Shown here piece after piece: positions 1 through 12,842 of a stretch of DNA of 64,000 nt. The notes beneath the pieces were generated by a model. The model was not told the origin of the DNA. It made no database searches and was given only the letters and a program-made list of their open reading frames with translations. The position numbers and the translations under genes are program-made. Position 1 is the first letter of the stretch. Each line of letters starts with the position of its first letter. The stretch comes from Botryllus schlosseri (lineage: Eukaryota): NCBI GenBank assembly GCA_051294905.1, contig CM119372.1, forward strand, positions 34,040,001 through 34,104,000, read 5' to 3'.

Positions 1-2000
1 ATTTCAATCAATGCTACAAATGAACAACAATGCAAAACACGTTTAGTGAATTACAGTGTAGCAAGTACTTCCTTAATATTACGATTGTTGTGCACTAGAC
101 ATTTCTAGTTGAATTGAATGCGTCGAGCAAACATATTCAATTTACTTTTGTAATGATCAAAGTCTTAGAGTGCAACCTCGTGATATTTTACATTTAGCAC
201 GTTCTATAGAAAGTGTGAACGGAGTTGAGTATTAATCGTGTACTTGGGATAGTGCTTTGATATCAAAGATATATTTTCACACTGTGTAATGTTTCGATTC
301 TCTGTTGTGAATACCTCCAGTAACGACATTGATGTTAAATCCTCACTCTTGGTCATTGTAAGCGAATCCTAAACATCGCAACAGTCGGTATGGAAATCGA
401 ACGCATGCATACTTTTAGATAGGCGACACTAACAAGTTTATTACATCCGTGAAATACTCTGAAACGTCGATTCGTGATTGGTGTTAGCTATATTCATCTT
501 CTATATCTGTGGACACAAAGAATTCTTAACTTTGGTTACAGCTCATTCGTAACGAATTGTTGCGCGCAATCTAGAAAAGCACAAGTCGAAGACGAATGAT
601 TTGATTTAAATAAACTAAAAAAAAATTCCTTTTGTTTTGATGTTGGATTAATACAATTTGTATGACTATACCGAATCCGAATCCGAAAGTGCAATGTTAC
701 TTTAGTAGAAAAATTGGATGACTCGCATTTTGATATTGATAGATGTGTAGAGTAATATGACTAGTTTATAAAATCTCGGTAATGTTTTTTTGTCATGTCT
801 GTGATCAACAAATATGTGATCAAGTCTTATCATTCGATATTAACTTTCGCAGTCGGTGTAATTTGTTGAAGTAACAATACCGACGAGTTCAATAATATTC
901 TCCATCGATGCATTCGAATAATCCGTCAGCTGCAAGCGGATTTAAAACTTGATGCTGTTTCGCGGTTAACTCAAGTCAGTGGTCGTGTTTGTGTTGATTT
1001 CAGGAATGATCATGACGAGTTGCCTGGGTAGATTAGTTAATGTGGTTGTAACTACGACCGTACAGAGTTGCTGACACCCCAATATCTTTTACGCTGTAAT
1101 ATACGGATTTAATTGTGATAAATTAATTCTCAGTTATTGTTCGGACATTCAAATCTCGTATACTCAAAATATAATATGTCCAAGTCAAATCGTATATGTA
1201 CCGATTAGTAAATACTTTGTCTTCAGAATAGTAACGACCTTTACAATCGAATAAAAACGACCGATCATACGAATACAGCCAGGACGAATTAAAATTTGTG
1301 AGTTGTAGTGATATAATCAAGTAAGTGAAAACTAGATTTTCAACAATTGTTAATGTTGTGAAGAATTCTTTTGAGTATGGTAAGATGTTAAAATATCTCT
1401 TTGACAAACGGAAAGCGGGATTGCGAATAGAGTTGCAATGTTTCATTACTTGTTTCAAATCAATGTGCATATAATATCGAAATGGGACTGCGGGGAAGTT
1501 GGTAGTCATGTTTGTCAATCTATTTCAATTCAGACTATGTCAAAGTCCAAATATTTCATTTTGGATTATTTGGATTTACCTTTAGTACATCCGCGAATGG
1601 ATTTAAAGTTGGTAAATTACCAAAATGATGGAATATTATCGGGTTAGAGATAGTTGGTATTGATTCTATAACTGTTAAAACAGCGGCGTGGAATGTGTGA
1701 ATAATTCAATGTGACTGAAAGTCGGTGTCAGTAATATTCAGGTTACGGTCGAATCAAAAGATCACGTTAAAAAGATTTCTCAAATTAATTAGAATTGTAC
1801 CGAATTAACACATTCAGACACGAATCAACTTGAGCTGTGTAGTAAGTTTCATTTCAGTCAATTGATACATTACTTGAATATTCGCATGATTCTTATCATA
1901 CAACTAAAGTCAACCACGTTCCAAAGTGTCAAAAACATATATAGCGACCATACCAGAAAGTGTCAAATTGTTGGTTTACGAATCACCGTCTGCGACGACT

Positions 2001-2503
2001 CTGTGACAAACTAATTACGGAAATATTACCTTGTGAGCGGGTATGAGGGATCGCTTTGTCTGAAGCATTACCCTGTGAGTGTCGTAGGATTTTAAAATTA
2101 TTTCACACCTATTTGAATAAGCGTTCACTTCACAAAGGATTAGGGTTAGAGCGGAAATAAGTGACAATTTGTCGCTATTCAAGTTACCGACACTGGCGGT
2201 CTGTTATTCGTTACTTATTAAATCTTTACGGCTGAAATCAAGTTCTGTGACAAACTGCTTACGAAAATTTCACCGCGTGAGCGATCGATATGCCTGTAAC
2301 ATCAAGTCGCGTATGTCTGAGACATTATCTTGTCAGCGAACGCAGGGTTTGCAAACTATTTCACACCTATTTGGAGTGTTAATATGTGAACGCGGCTATT
2401 TTTGGTATTGGTATTGGAATCGCCGTCTACGCCGGCTCCGTGGTAAACTAATTACCAAGCGACTGATTCCTAGATTTAGCAAACTATTTCACACCCTTTT
2501 TGG
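2001..2503 (+). repeat. Three diverged tandem copies of a ~200-250 bp unit
   Basis: Recurring CTGTGACAAACT...TATTTCACACCTATTTG blocks at about 2001-2116, 2245-2374 and 2439-2503 (the third is shorter). Confidence 0.7.
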
Positions 2504-2745
2504 TGAAAGTACGACATGCCGCTAGCATTCTATCAACGAAAGTACGAATCATCGCCGCGCCCATAAGAATAACGATATATTAAAGTCACATTCACCGTAA
2601 ACGTTGGGATTAACTCGAATCGGTCATATATAATAATTTGGGATGTACACATTAACTAAGAGCCAATCACGTGACTATTTACTTGATACATATTCAACAC
2701 CGTGCGAGAGATGCATATACCCGAAAGTACGAATTACCACTACGA

Positions 2746-2868
2746 CACCGGTTGAGCGATCCCTATACCGGAGATGGTCACCGGTTCAAGACGAGTTTCG
2801 AGGCACCGGTTGAGTGATCCCTATACCGAAAATGGTTACCGGTTCAAGACGAGTTTCGAGGTACCGGT
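2746..2868 (+). repeat. 58-bp tandem repeat (2 copies plus the start of a third)
   Basis: CACCGGTTGAGCGATCCCTATACCG...TTCAAGACGAGTTTCGAGG starts at 2746 and at 2804. Confidence 0.9.
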
Positions 2869-2894
2869 CGAGAGATGGCTGAAAGTGCGAATCA

Positions 2895-3200
2895 CGACCG
2901 CACCCATAAGAACACATGGCACCTCACCAGAGATCCCATAAGAACCAATGGCACATCACCAGAGATCCCGTAAAAAACAATGGCACATCACGAGCGACAG
3001 GGGGTCTGAAAGGGTGCCATCACCAACACGAGTTTTCACGACACATCAACGACGAAGCCTATACCTGAAAGGGTACCATCACCAGAGATCCCATAAGAAC
3101 ACATGGCACCTCACCAGCGGAAGGGGGGGTCAAAAGGGTGCCATCACCAAAACGAGTTTCGCGGCACCTCACCAGCGGGCCCATAAGAACCCCTGCCAGG
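2895..3200 (+). repeat. Array of short subrepeats (CCCATAAGAAC / TGGCACMTCACCAG)
   Basis: The motifs CCCATAAGAAC and GGCACCTCACCAG/GGCACATCACCAG recur several times. ORF 2948-3229 is a by-product of this array. Confidence 0.85.
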
Positions 3201-4306
3201 TCACGACCGATCATACTAACTACTTATGATGCGGTCGTGCGGGTGTTCACGATTTTCAGCTTGCCGTTTTGATATTGTATTCATGGTAGCCTATGTGTTT
3301 GTGAGGGTGCTGAAATTGGCACTTCTCAAAGTTTAATTGGTGGGTAGCAATTTAGTAGTAGTGCTCTATATTGCTCTTTATGACAGTTTTTATAGACATT
3401 CTTGGTATTGGTAACTTCCTATTCGGTATATCATGCCGACAAGATGCTTCAATAAAATCTCTGCAGTAGTTCCTGTATCGTGACTGACTCTTAAGTCACC
3501 GGCATACATGGGTTAGTCTGTTACAGAGGAGCGGCCGAACAACTAGAGGCTGCATGGGGTTTGCAAGTGGGTCACTTGAGTGTTAATGACCTTATTTTAA
3601 TTGCATCGACAAGTGATGCCTGACATATCAAAACAGTCGTTACTCCCGCCTATACTCCACGGCCCATCTTCGTTGACGCCGAAAAAGCTAGCTGATAACT
3701 TATACTTGTTGTTTTCCTCTACAATCATGATATGAACAAGATTATTTTCCTCTACAAATATCGATATTATGAGTATCTCATCATCCTCGTTAATTTCGAG
3801 GATAAGAAACGTTTCAGAGTACGACCAAACACACATTGTCGTTGTACCTTTGCCCACCAATCTTACTAAGAATATATATTTGTAAGGGGTAAAACGACAC
3901 CGGGTCGTCCACGATACAGCTTCCTGAAGGATCATGTAAACAGGGCCCTTTAACGAGTCAGCTTGGAGATGAGACGTGACGTCACTGGAGACGACTTGAA
4001 CGCCAAGTCGAGTCGAACATGTAACCAGGCCTTATGAAATCGTCAAAGTATGCATTGCCACAATCCTATAGTATAGGGTTGCCATACGTCCGGAATTTTC
4101 CGGACATGTCCGGAATTTCACAGAAAAATCTGCGTCCGGGAGGAATTTCAAAAATATGCCTAAATGTCCGGAATTTTGAAGGCTTGAAGCAAGCTCAAAA
4201 GTTTTTTGTAAATCAACATAAACAATATTATTTTCAAGCAGATTTATGCTATTCAAAATTGTTCTTCGCGCCGCGCGCGAGTTAACGCAACGTATGATGA
4301 TATTAC

Positions 4307-4890
4307 TATAGATAACTAACCTACGGATAGATACGCAACAGTCGTCGTCACGCTCTCTTGCCCGGAGGAAATTAGTGCTCAGCAATCTGGACGCAGCATA
4401 ATTGCTAATCCCATAGCTGACTACCTGAGCGCTCAAATTAAATAGAGTTGATCTTATTTGAAAGCTACTGTCGCGTTGATTCTGAAAATATACATTAAAA
4501 GTTCATTAAGGCAATGGAACCAGCTCGAAATAGCTTACAAAGTCTGAAAATCGGCATTGTTGCTAACAATGGCAGAGACGCAGCACAATGACCATAACAA
4601 TGGGCCTTGCATGTTGCATGGTTGCGATTGTTTACAACAATGCAGATTTTCAGACTTTGAGGTGAATTTTGAGTGGGTTCCGCTGCCCTGATCAGATTTT
4701 AATGTATATTTTCGAAATCAGTGCGACAGTAGCTTTCAAATAAGATCAACTTTATTCAATTTGAGCGCTGAGGTCATCAACTATGGGATTAGCAATTATG
4801 CTGCGTTCAGATTGCTGAGCAGTAGTTTCCTCCGGGCAAGCAAGCGTGACGACGGGTGTTGCGTGTCTATCGGTAGGTTAGTTATCTATA
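4307..4890. mobile_element. Almost fully palindromic foldback MITE with probable 7-bp TSD (P/Galileo-like)
   Basis: TATAGATAACTAACC... and ...GGTTAGTTATCTATA arms are inverted along most of the length. Flanks are ATATTAC and ATATTAG (7 bp, one mismatch). A partial copy lies at about 6560-6660. Confidence 0.85.
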
Positions 4891-5527
4891 ATATTAGTAT
4901 ATGGACACCAGGCACCACCCTCTCCAAAAATGCAATCAAAAGTAATATAAATAACCATCATATACTGAAATAAGTTTGAGTGTAATCGCAATTATAAGCT
5001 AACGGAATATTCCTAGAGTTGGTTATAGGCCGATTGGAAGCTTCAATCACAGACAGTGCTTCCAAATCTTGGGGTCGTTCGCCTTTTTCTTGGGATCGCG
5101 ATTATGTTGGACGCAATCAGCTCCCTAGGCCGTGAGTAAGTTTGGGCAAGGTGATTTTTTTGGTAATCAGCTCATCAAGTTTTGACCTTTGCCACGAAAC
5201 ATTTTCAAGTGGGAAAAGAGGTCGCGACCATAAAGGTTGGAAATCACCGGATGTGCAACCTGCTGGTGCATTTTTTAGTAGCCTAATATATGGAAGAATT
5301 AATATTATTGACAGAATTCACACATAAAATTTAACAGCCAAATGTATATAGTATAAGTGCCCAAGTTACATCGACTACCCTATGGTGGGCTCAAGATCAG
5401 TGCCTTTTTGGGCGGAAGGGGGGAGAAAAAAAGGTTTTTTCGAACCTGATTAAAACACATATACAGATAGCCCACCGACCTATCAGTATAGCAGGGCTGT
5501 CAAACACAATCCTGACAGGCCAGACAC

Positions 5528-5979
5528 TAGGCTTACCATACGTCCTCTTTTAAGAGGATTTGTCCTCTTTTTTGACTTTTTTGAAAGTGTCCTCGGAGGA
5601 CGCCCTTTTGTCCTCTTTTTTGAGATTTTGTCCTCTTTTTTAGGATTTAGAGCAGATTTAGAGCAAATTGCGAGTGATATGCCACATATTAGCACGGACG
5701 TGAAGCTCCGACGGGTGAAAAACGGTGATTTTAGCTCTGAGCGAAAAGATGACCTTTTTTTTTTTTTTTTTTTATAGTCATCCATCTGGCGATGTGGAGT
5801 AAAAAACGTTATTTTGAGATCTGAGCGGAAAAGATGACCTTTATTTTTTTCTTTTTTTAGTTAACCAGTCACAAAGTGGGAAAAATTAACCGGTTTTTGA
5901 GAATTCTACTCCGATTTTGAAAGTTGGAAATTTATGAAAAAGTGTCCTCTTTTTAGATTTCCAAAATATGGTAAGCCTA
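5528..5979. mobile_element. hAT-type MITE inserted in a CAGGG(G/C)TGTCAAAC-family fragment
   Basis: TIRs TAGGCTTACCAT / ATGGTAAGCCTA; exact 8-bp TSD CCAGACAC at 5520-5527 and 5980-5987; GTCCTCTTTT subrepeats. Confidence 0.92.
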
Positions 5980-7290
5980 CCAGACACGGCCCACCAGATG
6001 ATTTCATCCCGCCCGTGGAGGAATCTATTGCAGACCCTAGCAAGTAGCAATCACCAGAGCTCATATTAAAGGTGACCCAATTCATGACCTATGTTCCACT
6101 CCATTCCCGTATCGTGTATACAGTCAATGGGCAATGCTTTGCTAGTGTGACGTCATATTGACGGTCAATGAGTTACACCTCATTTTAAAATCCGCTAGTG
6201 GGCGCTAAAGAGTGTCCGGAATTTGCTTTACAAAAACATGGTAACCCTACTATAGTATAGTATACAACAATCGTCGCTTAGTCCGAAAAGTTGTCAAAAA
6301 CCCATGCATTTGGACACAGCACGCTGATACGTACTTGCCACCATTCATGTTCATCCTAGACTAAAGCTGCAACTACATACTAGCTTTACGCTATTTATTA
6401 CTATTCATTAAGACCAGTCATCCCCAATTCAACGTAATTTTGCTTAAATCCTTCATTTTTCAACCTTTTTCCATAAGAGCTCATAGTAAGCTTGCCCGGC
6501 CTTGTTCTTTGTTTACATCCTGCTGCAACCTGATTGGTTCGTGTCAAAGGTCACGTAAGTGTCTATTATGTTGCGTTCAGATTGCTGAGCAGTAATTACC
6601 TCCGGGCAAGTAAGCGTAACAACGGGTGTTGCGTATCTATCCGTAGGTTAGTTATCTATAATTTACCCGAGCTTGGCGCCCCCTTTCAAATGCTTTCACG
6701 CCTGACAATGGGGGCACGCCCCCAAGTGTGAGAACCACTGGTTTAGCCTATATTGTAATTCGCTGCGTTTTCTGTTTCTACTGAAGTATGGGAAACAGTT
6801 TAGCATGGCTGAATTATCTAGTTAATGAGGCACGCATAGAATACCGATGTGAACAGGCTAATTATTTTATGTTGTGAGATTGTCAATGTAATTGAAATTG
6901 TAATTAGGCAAAATTTTCATCAAATTACAATTACATTGCGATGTAATGAAAAAAAGGACGGTGCCGAAGCGACTTGGAGTTAGGGTTGTGTTTGAAACAA
7001 AAATCAATTTAAAGCAGACATGTTTAAAACAAGGCCCTTGTTTAAAACATGTTTTTAATGTTTTTTTCCTAAGGCATGACGTCACGCATATTCAATTGTG
7101 ACGTCATAGTGGATTGATATTGACAATTGAAAATATAGGATAAATATATGGCTCCTTTAACGAAATAGGCTTCCAACCCCTGTAACATACGGACCAAAAA
7201 TATCTTTAACCAGGATTACATCGTCTTGCAGCATTTTTACGGTCGGTGGGCATCATCAGAACATTCATTCCGTACCAATGTTCTATATCT

Positions 7291-8190
7291 CAATGTTGGG
7301 ATCAAGTCACTACCTTCGAGTCACGAGTCATCTCGAGTCATTGCAGATTTTGACTCGAGTCAAGTCAAGTCAATCGATTTTCAAAGGTGACTCGAGTCAA
7401 GTCAAGTCACAATTCAAGTCAAATAGAATTTTCGATGTATGAGTGATGATTCAAAGTCATTACACTTTGCTAGCTGTGTGAAAGACAGATTAATTGATCA
7501 ATGATGATCATTTATCTTGAATCAAATAACGAATATCTAGTTAAATATACATGCGAAAAGACGTTGTATCACTCGCGCACACGTAGAACTGTTAATAAAA
7601 TACGTGAGTAACTGTACAGTCACATGCTACAGTCAGTTATTATCAGCCAAAATATAGGACCTAATCTACATCTACGTATCCGTGAGTGAATAAACGCACA
7701 AACTATATTTGTTTGATTTAAATCATACATAAAGGTTGGTAAAGGTGAGCACTGCGCAACGTAAGCATTGATCCGACTAAGAAACAGAGACACATTGTTA
7801 TTTAGAGTAATCTTCTACTACAACTACTACTACGACAACGTAAGCTGTGATTGTTTAGTTTGCGGTCTATTTATTTGTGATCTAACAATCGAGGATCAGT
7901 GTATCGTACGATCAGTGAATGACTGGTTACACTCACAAGTGACACCGGCGTATCTCGAACAATCCGAACATACACAAGATACAGTGATTTATTCGACACC
8001 GTTTACTTGATGACTTGAAATTGACTCGTAAATTTCGCTCCGAGTCACGAGTCAATGCGCATTCTTGAAGCTTCGAGTCAAGTCAAGTCAAGTCATTTTT
8101 CCAAAGTGACTCGAGTCAAGTCAAGTCATACGAAAAAGTTGACTCGAGTCTGACTCGAGTCAAGTCATGACTCGAGTCATCCCAACACTG
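7291..8190. mobile_element. hAT-type MITE with GACTCGAGTCAAGTC subterminal repeats
   Basis: TIRs CAATGTTGGGAT / ATCCCAACACTG; exact 8-bp TSD CTATATCT at 7283-7290 and 8191-8198. Confidence 0.93.
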
Positions 8191-8291
8191 CTATATCTAC
8201 GTACTATAGCTGTTGAACCGACTGTTTCGAGGGTTCCAACGATCCCATATTGTATACGTCGACTATATCGGGTCGTAATCGTCGACCGTAA

Positions 8292-9395
8292 TTGGCTTAC
8301 CATATTTCAGCAACCCAAATTCCGGACACTCTTTAGCGCCCACTAGTGGATTTAAAAATGAGTTATGACGTCACACTAGCAAAGATTTGCTCATACACCA
8401 GAGGTATGGTCACGATCCGGTTCAGGAGTATGTGGCTGTGTGTTGTGTAACCGGGACCGAAACCACATGTTTTCTGCCCCTTCCCGCCCAAATAAACAAT
8501 GATTTTGAGCCCACATTATAAGGTTATCGATGCAACTTATGGGTGGGGGTCTTGCTGTATGAATATGGTTTCTATATGCATCTGGTCGTTAAATTATTTG
8601 AATGAATTCTGTGTATAATATTGATCGTTCAATATATTACTACTACTCTCCGCCCACATGATCAGAGTTAGCGGTAGAGCTGGTCATGAAGTATGATGAG
8701 TTCGATAATACAGGGAGCGTAATTGCATATCGTTAAGTCACGTTCATGTCCTACCGATAAGATTGTTTATCAGCCTTATGCCGGTGCGCACCACGGAGCT
8801 TTATAAACACCCCACATTCAGTGGTTTCCAACCTTTTATGGTCGCGACTCCACCTCCAATTTGAAAATGTGCCGTAGCACGGATCAAAATTAGACGAGCT
8901 GATTACTAAAATAAGTCAGCACCATTGCCCAGACTGACTCATGGGCTATTGTGGAAGCTGATTACGTTCAACATATTCGCAAATCCCAGAATAAAGGCAA
9001 GCGTCCCCCCGTTTTGAACCACCATCTTTGAATAAAGCATTTACACGGCCTTAACGATCTCTAGGAATATAATGTTCTCCTATAATTGCGATTGCAATTA
9101 GGCTTATTCCAGTAAATGAATATTTTTATATTTTATGGCAGTTTTCGCGAGGGTGGTAGTCTCCATATTGAAATCAATAAATAAGATAATAAATCGCGCG
9201 CAGCGCGAAGAAAAATATCATGCATCAGCATAAATATTCCCAAAACATATTGTTTTTATGCTGATTCACGAATAAATTATGAGCCTACGTCAAAATTCCG
9301 GACATTTGGCATATTATAGAAATTCCTCCCGGACGCTAGTTTCAACAGTGAAATTCCGGACATGTCCGGGAAATTCCGGACGTATGGCAACCCTA
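8292..9395 (-). mobile_element. Second, inverted copy of hAT family A, lacking the nested insertions
   Basis: 8292-8360 is the reverse complement of 6180-6249, and 9290-9395 of 4074-4180. Internal blocks also match 4900-5420 in inverted orientation. The TSD is only partly retained (CCGTA). Confidence 0.85.
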
Positions 9396-10007
9396 CCGTA
9401 GGCTCATATACAACATGTTTTTGTAAAGTTTTTACACAATTATGGCATACCTATACAACTTTGGAAAAAAATTGTATTCTCACGAATACAAACGAAGTCT
9501 ATTGTATAAATTTTGCATATTTTTTTGGGAGGCTTATATTAAAATCAGTGGGACGATGACGCGTCATAACGACTGACCATTTTTTAGTCAACCCCCGGAA
9601 ATTTAGTATACAAAAGTGTAAAATTCGACATCGAGCCGAAAAGTTGACCTTTTGTTTTTAGTCAACCAGCCGGTGTTTACAGTTTGTATGCCCATTTTTC
9701 GGTACACAAAATTTGGATGGCCGATGTTCGGTGTTGAGCTTGAAAAGGGGGCGATGGGTCGAAAAAGGTTGGGAACCACTGCGTTTTACGGGCCACCTCA
9801 GAGAAAGGTAAAGCTGATGCCCTCCGCTTAGATATATTTACCAGTGAGAAATACAGTCCGTTTAAAGCAGGGGTGTCAAACAAACGGCCCGCCAGACGAT
9901 TTCATCCGGCCCGCGGAGCAATTCTAAGTAAATTGAAACATGCTTATACTTTGCAGCACATTTGTAACAAATGTTAAGATTTTATGTAGGAGATACTTCC
10001 ATTAATT

Positions 10008-11595
10008 CAGTGGTTCTTAACGGCGATTTTAAAGGGGGTGGAAACGCTCAGGGGGCGATATGGGGGGGGGGCGCTGGGCACAGGGGGCGATAAGGGGGCG
10101 CTGAAGAAAAATGGCTTCGCCGAAGATGATTTTGTAGTAGGACATGAGTATTCAGAACAAATAACATTCCACAAAACATGTCAATTCCCGACATTTTTGG
10201 TCGCGATACGCGACTATGTTTGCTACATCTGTTTTCCTAAATGTGGTGGGTTATTATAATTCATATAAAACGAATTGCGCGTACTTTTAGATCGCCAATT
10301 TCTCGTTATTTAAAACACTTCCGTCACGCTAGCTAGGGTTATTTCCAACAAAATGTTTCGAATTAGGTATTATATCCCGCAGAATGAGGCACTGTATATC
10401 ACGTTTGATTGAGAGTGAGAGCCCCTTGTACATAAAATAAGTTTTGAAGCTTTGTGCACGAAATGAATAACTAAATATACATGTATTCGAAAGCTACAAA
10501 ATTAAATCGTCAGAATATTTCTTCATCGTATCAGAAAGGATGATACTATCTCGTGTTGTGATTTACAACCTCACACGAGCATTTTCAATACCAAAGTTCC
10601 AAAAAGACCGACTGAACTTGGACCTCTTACCAAGACCGAAACTGCTGCAACCCAAACCGCTCATCGGTTAGCTTGAAGGGTGCCCTAAATTATTTCGGTG
10701 AGTGAACATAAATTAAACATCATGTTTTGACGACTCCCCCACGGAATAATACGCATAATTATAGAAAATAAAAATAGGCATTTCGGCGGCGGCCATTACC
10801 ATCGCCACGATGCACGAAGACATGAAGTTCCGGTGAATATGGGACTTCGAGAAGTGTGTTAAAAAGATCGTCAACGAGAAAACCTTAGCCGCAGAGCCCT
10901 TATGCTGAGCGTAAACGGCGATGTGTATAAGTCTAATTGTCCATGGGTACTTGAATCGCGCGTGGCGAATTATTGGGTCGTCGCAATCTGCTGCCCACAA
11001 GACAAATAACATTCATCAGAGAAAATTATTTGCCAGTGACAAAATACCAATTTTGAATAGTGTGCTTACTTTAGTTTAATACGTTTACGCGTTTCAATAT
11101 GTTTACACTATATAGCGGACAGGAGGTAACAATATAACATGTAACAATTTAATTGTACCAACGGTCACGCCCCAATACGATCAATTATTAATTACGTCGC
11201 CTTCATTTTCCAATACAACAGCTCACTCTGCGCTACTGATTACGTGGGCGGAGAGAATAAAAAGTTTATAGTGACATATATTTGCAATTACAACCTATTT
11301 CATTCATGCATTATAGAAAATATTGGCTCCTAGGGCGACCAGGCCCATAAACTTTGCTGATCATCGAAATCACGCGACGGGGTTCTTGGGGGCGAAGCCC
11401 TCATGAGTTTGGTTTATCACGCTATGGGTCCTCAAGACAATCATTTTTTAGGGGTGCTGACGAAGTGCTGTAACGGCCCTCCCTCTCACCCATTGTCTTA
11501 ATTACATTCCTTACAATACGAGGTGGGGGGGGGGGCGCTGGAGCACGATAATTTTTGAAAGGGGGCGCTGGAAGAGAAAAGGTCAAGAACCACTG
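10008..11595. mobile_element. hAT-type MITE with GGGGGCG subterminal motifs, nested in the family B element
   Basis: TIRs CAGTGGTTCTT / AAGAACCACTG; TSD CATTAATT / CATTAAAT (one mismatch). Confidence 0.88.
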
Positions 11596-11641
11596 CATTA
11601 AATAATTCCCCCAAGAAAGCAAATGTCGAGCATATCCATAG

Positions 11642-12842
11642 CAGACATGGGGTAATCGCGATTAGTAATCGTAATCGATTACGACGATTACAGCATTTTC
11701 AAGTAATCGTAATCGCAATCGATTACATTTGAAAAAATACCGAAGTAATCGTAGTCGTAATCGACTACTTCACATATCTAATTAAGCTAATGAAAAGCTA
11801 ATGAAGCTAATGGAAAGCACAATGACTATGACATAAACTGAACATTAGTGAACAAGGAGATATATGTGGCGCCAAAATGCCTATTCCTGTAACTTAGCCA
11901 TGCTTTTATTCTTGAGGGAGTGACGTTTGAATTTGAAAATCAAGAAATTAAGAGACATTAAATTGCGACGCTCGAAGAACATTTTCAAGTTGATTAAATT
12001 TCTCGAAAATCTCTCACTCCCCACCGGGGTTGCAACCAAGTTACAATGTTCCGAGTCACCAGTCAGTCTCACTTTTTTAGTTTTGACTTGAGTCAAGTCG
12101 AGTCATTTTCTATATGTTCACTGTTCAGTTTTCAGTTCAATTCGGTTCAACCCACTTTTTTAACTCTGCTGGAGTGATATAGAAGACTCGCATTCATAAT
12201 ATAGTAATTTTCCTCAGCCTTAACACTTTGTGACTATATTTTCCGAGTATCAGAACTGATAGACGAAAAATCAATATTGTGTTACCAGAACTATTCTTCG
12301 AAGTTGCAATGAAATGTCTGTCTTGAGTGCCCGAGTCTCGAGTAGCATGACTTGGTTCGAGTCATGGACAATGACTCGAGTACAAGTCGTGTCAATGCAA
12401 AAATTGACTCGAGTCGAATCGTTTTACGCCTTTGAAAAAATGACTCGAGTAGAGTCGCGAGTAACCAAAATCGCGACTCCAGTCACTACAACCATGCTCC
12501 CCACCCGATTGGGGAGTTTGGGGTACGGTAGTTACGGACCTGGCAAGAAAGCGAATGGGTGGATGCGATAAATCGTCCCCTATAAAGTTGGACATTCGTT
12601 ATATTATGACGTATTATGATGTATTATCTATAAATAAAGTTATCTCATTACGACTTTTCATCGCAATCATTATATTGTCTACCAATATCTTCTAAGATTA
12701 GTTCTAAGAAGCAAGATAAATGTAATCGTGAGTAATCGTGATTACTTTTCCAATGTAATCGTAATCGTAATCGTAATCGCGTGACACTGAAGTAATCGTA
12801 ATCGCAATCGATTACATTCATAAAGTAATCACCCCATGTCTG
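11642..12842. mobile_element. hAT-type MITE with GTAATC/GATTAC subterminal repeats; contains the tandem-array breakpoint
   Basis: TIRs CAGACATGGGG / CCCCATGTCTG; exact 8-bp TSD ATCCATAG at 11634-11641 and 12843-12850. It contains a GACTCGAG-family fragment at about 12080-12490. Confidence 0.92.

Larger units (their letters stand above)
1..3224. mobile_element. Possible right-end remnant of a Maverick/Polinton-like large DNA element (decayed ORFs plus a repeat-rich terminal region)
   Basis: AT-rich interrupted minus-strand reading frames (e.g. ORF 1123-1518) are followed by nested tandem subrepeats at 2001-3200. The region ends in ...CATACTAACTACT at 3224 (reverse complement AGTAGTTAG), which resembles Polinton AGTAGT termini. 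No core Polinton protein was recognised. Confidence 0.35.
4074..6249 (+). mobile_element. Non-autonomous hAT-type element (family A) carrying nested insertions
   Basis: TIRs TAGGGTTGCCAT (4074) and ATGGTAACCCTA (6249); 8-bp TSD CTATAGTA at 4066-4073 and 6250-6257; TCCGGA subterminal repeats. Confidence 0.9.

Noticed and set aside
2895..3229. 93-aa His/Arg-rich repeat ORF and CRISPR-like periodicity
   Set aside because: This is translation of irregular terminal subrepeats; there are no unique spacers.
4032..4973. Similar ORFs on opposite strands (MSAQVVSYGISNYAA / MSAEVINYGISNYAA)
   Set aside because: They are the two arms of the palindromic element 4307-4890, not paralogous genes.
5483..5785. 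Lys/Arg-rich 100-aa ORF
   Set aside because: It derives from poly-T and GTCCTCTTTT repeats of MITE 5528-5979.
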